A stretch of 60,947 bases of DNA, filler included, from Sphacelaria rigidula (taxonomy: Eukaryota), in the NCBI GenBank assembly GCA_964200075.2. It is 3 parts of 3 records of this genome, joined end to end, with 100 filler letters (N's around TTAATTAATTAA, not from the genome) between each part and the next. Parts side by side here need not be neighbours in the genome. Positions count along the whole stretch, not along the records: positions 40,700 to 60,947 come from CAXNAA020000554.1; 2 more parts are not named here. The stretch is one strand, 5' to 3'. Below, piece by piece: positions 54,672-60,947 of the stretch. Positions within the stretch are counted from its first letter, which is position 1. Every line of letters begins with the position of its first letter. Under the pieces are notes generated by a model. It was not told where the DNA came from and made no database searches. It worked only from the letters and a program-made list of their open reading frames with translations. The translations under genes were made by a program, and so were the position numbers.

Positions 54672-55480
54672 CAGTGGGGGGCTTTCAGTAGTGCCGATTG
54701 AATAATGCGAACGACCTATATAATGCCAGTAAAATATCCGGGCACAGCCGGAGCTCGCAGTAGTGCCGGGCGGCACTACTGACAGATGACCCTCAACAGT
54801 GCCGGTTATCGCCGTTATCGGGTAGCCCGTAGCATCTACGCCCGAGCACAGCCACGGGAGGAGTCGTGTCTGGTTTGCTGCATCGGTGTGTTTTTTTCGA
54901 GGTCGTTTGTCTCTCTCTCTCCTTGTCTCGGTAGCCGGTAGGAAGTGAAAAGGGGTGTGGTTCATTCTTTCTCGCTCAATCCTGTTGGTGGGCGGCGTAC
55001 TCTTTCGTGAGTTTTTTTCCACACCAGATGCCGCACCTTCGTATTTGCGTCGGGTGCAGATGTGTCCCTGTTTTTCTTGTCGGGAAGGTTTTTCGGCATG
55101 AGCAACTTTTGTGGCCGTACTGCTGCTGTTGTGCTAGTAGGGAAGGAAATGATCAACGTGTGAACAGGATCAATCAAGTTGAATGTGAAGAACAAAAAAA
55201 ATCGGGTTTAGTCCTGCTACCCCGAAACCTTACGTGACGTATCCTATCGAAACCCCTTGAAACGCTCCTCGTCCGTTTTGTGCTTCCGTTGGTCCCACGA
55301 AGGGCAAACGTAGCACTGTACGAACGGACGGTCGTCAACAGTGCCAGAACCGGCACCACTGAGGTGTTCAGAGCCCTCAATTGCACCTGTTTTGGCACTT
55401 TTCAGAGTAGTGCCGGGCTCTCTGAGTAGTGCCGGTGTCCGTGGTGGACACATACCGGCACTACTAAGAGGCCCCCACTG
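54672..55480. mobile_element. Non-autonomous Tc1/mariner/pogo-type element with TA TSD
   Basis: TA-CAGTGGGGGGCTTTCAGTAGTGCCG ... CGGCACTACTAAGAGGCCCCCACTG-TA; subterminal AGTAGTGCCGG motifs repeated. Confidence 0.85.
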
Positions 55481-57405
55481 TATATAGATGAGGAAGCATA
55501 ACACCCGCCGTCGCTTGTCGTATGATGCGGGGCAGAGAAGGCATGCTCTCCTCACAGACGTACACACTTGCACCTCAAATTTGCAGGAGGATCCGAAACG
55601 ACTCATGCGCACTGGATCAAGTGCTAGGATTTTGCGCGTTTGACACGAGTTCCCAGCAACGCAGCCCAAGGTCAGGGAAGGAGGACGGAGAAGAGGGGAG
55701 AGTGAAGGGGGGGTGGGGGGGGTGGGGATTCCGTGATGAACTGACTAGTTTGTAGCACCAGTGTACGCATAATAACTCCGGTAAAAAAAAGGAAGGGGAA
55801 GAGGGGGATACTCTTCTATAATAGCTGTTTACTTCATGTCGAAAATGTGACAGGGTGGGATATCCCTCTAGTCGTCCCCCAGGGGGTGGTGTTGACCAAT
55901 TCGATGAATTCGGAATCATTTGCGCTTGGAAAAAGGCCGAGGGTGCTGAAAGTACTACGGCACACAGCGTATGTGCCACGGGATACACCCGGAGTCCTCA
56001 AGTGTATTTGCTGTACCGAGCTACCTGAGCGTACCTGGGATATCGAGCCCGAAGAATAGAATAGTTAGAGTAATGCGGGGTACCTCCGAGTATCGGCCGA
56101 GAAAAGATACTGGGGTATTTCAGGGCACCTGAAGCAGTATTTCTTACCTGTATGTCCTATCTACTTCAAGCACCTTTTGGAAATGAAGTGACTGTACGAC
56201 TTGAGCGTCGCTCTGCCAGCGTTCAAATTGTTGAAAGAGAGCGCCTTGACTTGCCCTTGTTGGTGGGTGGTTGGGTGGGGGGCGGGGCGGGGAGGGAAGG
56301 GGGGGCGTACTCATGTGTTGCTTGCCTTAGTCGTTTGGCCATTGACCACGTATCCCCTCCGAGACGGAGCACCGGGTGAGTGGGAGGGGGGCAGAGAAGC
56401 AGGGGAGGAGGTGATAGATGTCCGTGCTCTGACAAAACCTACGCATACGTACATTTGCACGTATGTACGTACTTGCGAAATTTTTAGTCGGAACACCCCC
56501 GAGTGATGAAAATATGTCCTTATAAATGAAAGTTTTTTTTCGCCGCTTCTTTTCGGTTTGTTCCAAGATTTTTCGTGATTTATTTATGTCTTTTCCACGA
56601 TGTCGGCTAGGAGACGCGGTGCACCTCGCTCGCGCTCGCTTGAGACGTGAAGGTGTAGAATGGGTTCTGCTCGACGTTATGAGGATATGATTGTCTTAAC
56701 AGAAATGAACGACAGGCTTGGTGTGAAAAAAGCAAGGCTAAGCGGTCACCACCACTGTTGTGAAATTGCCTTTTTTGTAAAGAGGCGTTGTTTTCAGTCT
56801 GTTGTGCGAAGGATTTCCTCGTGATAATGTTTGATCTCCGTTAATTCTGTTTGTACATGACAGAGATGCGGATATGTCGGCGATTTTCGATTCCGGGGGG
56901 AGGGGGGGGGGGAGGGAGTACCCATCTGTTGTGCTGCTTGCCTCGGTCGTTTGACCATTGACCACACATCCCTTTCGAGACGGAGAAGGTTTCGGGGGGG
57001 GGGGGTTGTAGAAGCAGACGGGGAGAACCGGGAGAATCGTGTTGTGTCTCACGTTGTGTTGAATTTTGTTCACATACAGAAAACCGTATTGTAGAGCACA
57101 TGAATCTAGAAGCTCGCTGGGGAGCCTGATGTCCTCGATTAAAAGTGATGAATAGATGTGGAATGTTCGCCCGAGGTGGTGGGACGTGTGAACGTTGCTC
57201 GTTTTACAACTAAGTTTATCGCATAGAACCTAACATCATGGTTCGGACACCAATATACCCACGGGCGTGTCGGGTATAGGGTATACATACCCGATATTTT
57301 GATACTTTGAGAAAAGTGGAGATCCGACCCATGCCCGAGGCACCAGTCACCCCAGGGCTGTTGTTCCCCTCTGTCAAGCCCGTACAAAGCGAAGTGCCTG
57401 ACTTG

Positions 57406-57663
57406 GATGCTACGGTAGGGGTGCACAAATATTTTTCTGAGGTTAGAATTATTGGGAACCCTTGATGTCACCGAAAACACGACTTATGAAATATGCGAGA
57501 GTACGCCAGGATGACTATTTCGATGTGCCAGGGATATCCGGAAGGAATTTCCAAACGGGGATGCCCTGACCCATATTCTTGAGCACCTATAACAGAATCG
57601 GCAGAAGACTCTGAACCAGACAAGATTTTGCGCAAAAAGTGCAAATCCACCATGGCATTGCTC
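57406..57663. mobile_element. MITE, same family as 7533-7780 and 9750-9865
   Basis: GATGCTACGGTAGGGGTGCAC start, shared GAGAGTACGCCAGG and CCCTGACCCATATTCTTG, GCATTGCTC end. Confidence 0.8.
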
Positions 57664-58069
57664 CTTGAGCAGGTGATGTGTGATTTTTTCAATGCCATAA
57701 AATCGGGTATACCCCCACCCGACATGCCCTTGTAAGATACGTACATGCACGCGATCGATGTATGTGGAGACTCAGCAATGCGGGCGTGTCTTTACCGGTA
57801 GAGTTTTATCACTTGGAAGGTACTTCAGTGGGGGTGCTGTGCTCCTAGCGTGCGCAAAACGCGTTTTTGTCTAAAATCGAGGTCTGGCAACGCATTCTTT
57901 GTCATGGAAACGCTTTTGAACCCTCCTTTGCCCGAGGGTTCTAGGGATGCCTTCTTCGTTGGGGTTAGGGTTAGGGTGATTAGAGTTTGTGTTGTTCGAA
58001 ATAATAAATTTCTAAGAAATACCCCATACCTACCAAATGGTGAACTAACCCCGTCTTCGCACATTTTTT

Positions 58070-58520
58070 CCCGATCGAAAAAGTGCGGTGGAAAAAAAAT
58101 TCCGATCTGATGGGTCGTAATTTCCAACTTAGATGACGTGGATGGCGTGAAACAAGGGTAATGACATATATATATATTGGTGGTGCACACTTGTTTCTGT
58201 TCCGATTGTCCTAAACTAGGATATATATGAAAATAATATAAAAATAAGTCGTCTGTGACCCACAGACGGTGCAGTTGGATATATATATACAAAATGTATA
58301 CGAAGTACATTGGTAGTGACTTGTGTCTGTTCCGATTGTGCCCCATACTAAAATATATATGAAAACAATCCCAGCTGCACCGTCTGTGTGTGACAAATGA
58401 TGACGAATATCCCAGCGAGTGCACTACCCATATATATAATATATATATATGTATATGTCATAAATTTTGACGTGAAATGACGACCTGTCAGATCGGAACC
58501 TTTTCCGTCGAAAAATATAT
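58070..58520. mobile_element. MITE-like inverted-repeat element; related short copy at ~41490-41630
   Basis: TTCCGATCTGATGGGTCG..ATGACATATA vs TATATGTCAT..CGACCTGTCAGATCGGAA. Confidence 0.6.
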
Positions 58521-59370
58521 TTATTTCCCGAAACATGGCCTGATGATGTCATCACATCGGAGTCATGCCACTCATGACCATCAGACAGGAGTATTTTGCC
58601 ATTTTGTGGTGTGATGACCGACCACGTCGAGTGGGAAAAATATCAATCCGACCATCTCTCGCGATTGGCATGGAACGGTTGTGAAGGACGTGCGTACTCT
58701 CTCTTCTCCTTCGCTTGACTTCGTGTGTACTTTCAATAGCACCCGCGCGGTTGGCGAGGTGTTGACTACTTTTGGCATCATATAAAACATTACCTACAGA
58801 CAACAGTACTGTAACCTCACGTAAGTCTGTGGTCGTTTTAAAACGTCTTCCGGATATGGAGCATCACCATCCAATCTATCCGTCATATATACTTACTACG
58901 TCACACACACTGTACTGTTGATGTGAAAGGTATTATATTTTTGTTGATGACACAATGAGCGAGGAAAGAAGCCAGGTATTCATACAAGTACGACACATCA
59001 AATCTTGCAGAATAATTGTGTTGAGTGAAGACATACAACTTTATTTTGCAGTACGGCATGACGTGCGTACTTGCGCTCAGGGACCGAAATCCGACTCATC
59101 GCATCTACTAGGGGTAGCGAACTGACGCAATCTACTTGAAGAGTCATCCTCCGGTCGGGGCGGGTGCGGGGGAACGAGAGACAATATCCCGACCAAACTA
59201 TTTCCCGCGGAAAATGGATCAGCCACGTTGAGATTTTGCTAAAGGCGGTGTAAAAGATCATTCGAAAGCGACCTCGCGTATCACGTCCGTATCCAGCTAG
59301 AAATCGATAGCTAGCTGCACGACGTTTCACCCCGGGTAAATACCCGCGCACAGATATGAATAAATGTATA

Positions 59371-59676
59371 CGTGACAACGTTTTCGTGAGATTGAGAGTA
59401 GAGCGCTGGAGAGTGGCTTTGATAAGTCGCTTTATCTTGGCCAGTTTTTTGTTCCGTGTGTGCTTTTCTTTGCCTCCATCACTGGCGTGTGCTAACAGCT
59501 ACACGTCGATATTCTACTCAGGGATTTCAAGCGCCTCAGTGGCAAGCTACTACAGAAAGCATATCGGACCTCGGGGAGAGGGGCATTTTGGAACAAAAAC
59601 GATTCATTCACCGATTAATTGATCGCTTTTCACTCTCAATCGTATCCTCTCTCAATCTCACGAAAACATTGTTACA
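59371..59676. mobile_element. MITE with ~28-bp TIRs and TA flanks
   Basis: CGTGACAACGTTTTCGTGAGATTGAGAG ... CTCTCAATCTCACGAAAACATTGTTACA. Confidence 0.85.
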
Positions 59677-60069
59677 TATGGCATGTACACGACATCCATG
59701 AACCCCCTTCTTTCATTCCAAAATTTCCCCTACCCCCACCGTCCCACGGGATTCCTATCTGGAGAAGATCGTATACAACGCCAGTACAAATCACCACCTA
59801 GGCTTATGAAAGAGTCTAACCACCTCTTAATGTTGAAAGATGATTCCTTTACAGACTCTTGTGGGAATTCGTCATTTCTCTGTGGTGGTTGCCATATCAC
59901 CCCCCCCCCCCCCCCCCCCCCTTACCTGCGTGGGGCCGGGAGGGTCATGTCGGAGGAGAGGCGGGTGGGGGAGGGGGGGGGAGATTGNNNNNNNNNNTTT
60001 CCAGCCTCTTGGGGGAATTCTTCTTTTCTCTTTGGGGGTTGCCATCTCCCCCCCCCCCCCCCCCCCACT

Positions 60070-60170
60070 TCATGAACGTGATGAGCGCCGGAATGTTGGA
60101 GGTGTCTTTATTAGGAATAGGAACGGTGCTCCGTCTCGAACGGGATGCGTGGTCAATGGTCCACGGTTAG
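60070..60170 (+). mobile_element. 5'-truncated LINE 3'-end fragment
   Basis: Matches the end of the LINE at ~26955-27020 (NVMSAGML.VSL...TVLRLER). Confidence 0.8.
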
Positions 60171-60218
60171 GATGAATCATCACTACTACGAATAACCGAA
60201 CCCACGATTTCTTCGGCC

Positions 60219-60665
60219 TTTGACGGTTTAAGTCAGCGCTCATTGGTCAGTATAGTCTAGTTGGTTGTCTCTTAAACTGTCACAAAAGTTGGTCGTGGGG
60301 GTTCTAATTTCCGTCCCTTTCACTCCGAGGAGGACGACTCTCCTTGCCAGCGATCTATCGACTGCCATCAGGACCTCTAATGTTGATACTCTCACCGTAC
60401 CCCAGAGTTACTCATCTCCCCCTCTCATTTCCAGAGTGTGTGCACTGCGGTTCTTAGCAGTACACTCCATATTAGCCACCAGGCTATACCCCACCCATTT
60501 TCTTTGGGCCAATTTTTCAAAAGGTTTTCTCTCCTCTTTTTTCCTTCAAAGAAAGTGCGTCCGTCGGGAATCGAACCAGCGACTAACGTTTGTGACGGTG
60601 CATGACAGAGCCAATTAAACTACTGACCAGTCAGCAGTCTAGTTGATTGTCTCTTAAACCGTCAC
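60219..60665. mobile_element. Non-autonomous element with palindromic terminal repeats and tRNA-like Pol III boxes (copy C)
   Basis: CGGCC TSD (60214-60218 / 60666-60670); partly deleted palindromes 60219-60284 and 60591-60665; inward-facing A/B-like boxes from both ends (TAGTCTAGTTGG; minus-strand GGTTCGATTCCC at 60566-60577). Confidence 0.8.
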
Positions 60666-60947
60666 CGGCCTGATTGCCCAAAAGGGAGAAAAAAGTTGAC
60701 CGCTGGTCCAAGGGGTATCCACTCAACTTTTGCGCCATTCCACGTGTTGTCGGAGCTGCGTGTACCTGGGTTGCAACGCTGAAAACAAAGCCTAGGGATT
60801 GATTCGTACGATTCGAATCAATTATTCTAAAACCAAGTAATTTCCAGACGACTCATTATTCGTCAGACCCTTGCAATGGTCACACGACCAAGGCAAGCAA
60901 CAAATGAGTGTCCCCCCCCCCCCACACCTTCATGAATCTCTTGGAGG

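Overview
Eukaryotic, repeat-dense genomic window. The gene architecture and repeat content suggest a stramenopile, probably a brown alga; this is an inference. Two host genes are supported, arranged head-to-head about 3.2 kb apart. One is a spliced UDP-glucose 4-epimerase (GalE, minus strand, 7 visible exons, one GC-AG intron, C-terminal exon(s) not visible and probably in a scaffold gap). The other is a two-exon UDP-N-acetylglucosamine pyrophosphorylase (UAP1-like, plus strand, 517 aa). The rest is mostly decayed and nested mobile DNA: a Ty3/gypsy remnant, a near-complete Ty1/copia element (two LTRs, half-tRNA-Met type PBS, nested solo LTR and MITE), two copies of an APE/RT LINE, many MITEs and foldbacks, and two arrays of a 63-bp satellite. 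The most unusual signal is three copies of a non-coding 370-460 bp element. Each end is a ~65-100 bp self-palindrome with TG...CA termini and a conserved core AGTCAGCGCTGACT. The palindrome supplies a tRNA A-box pointing at an internal B-box, and two copies carry 5-bp target-site duplications.
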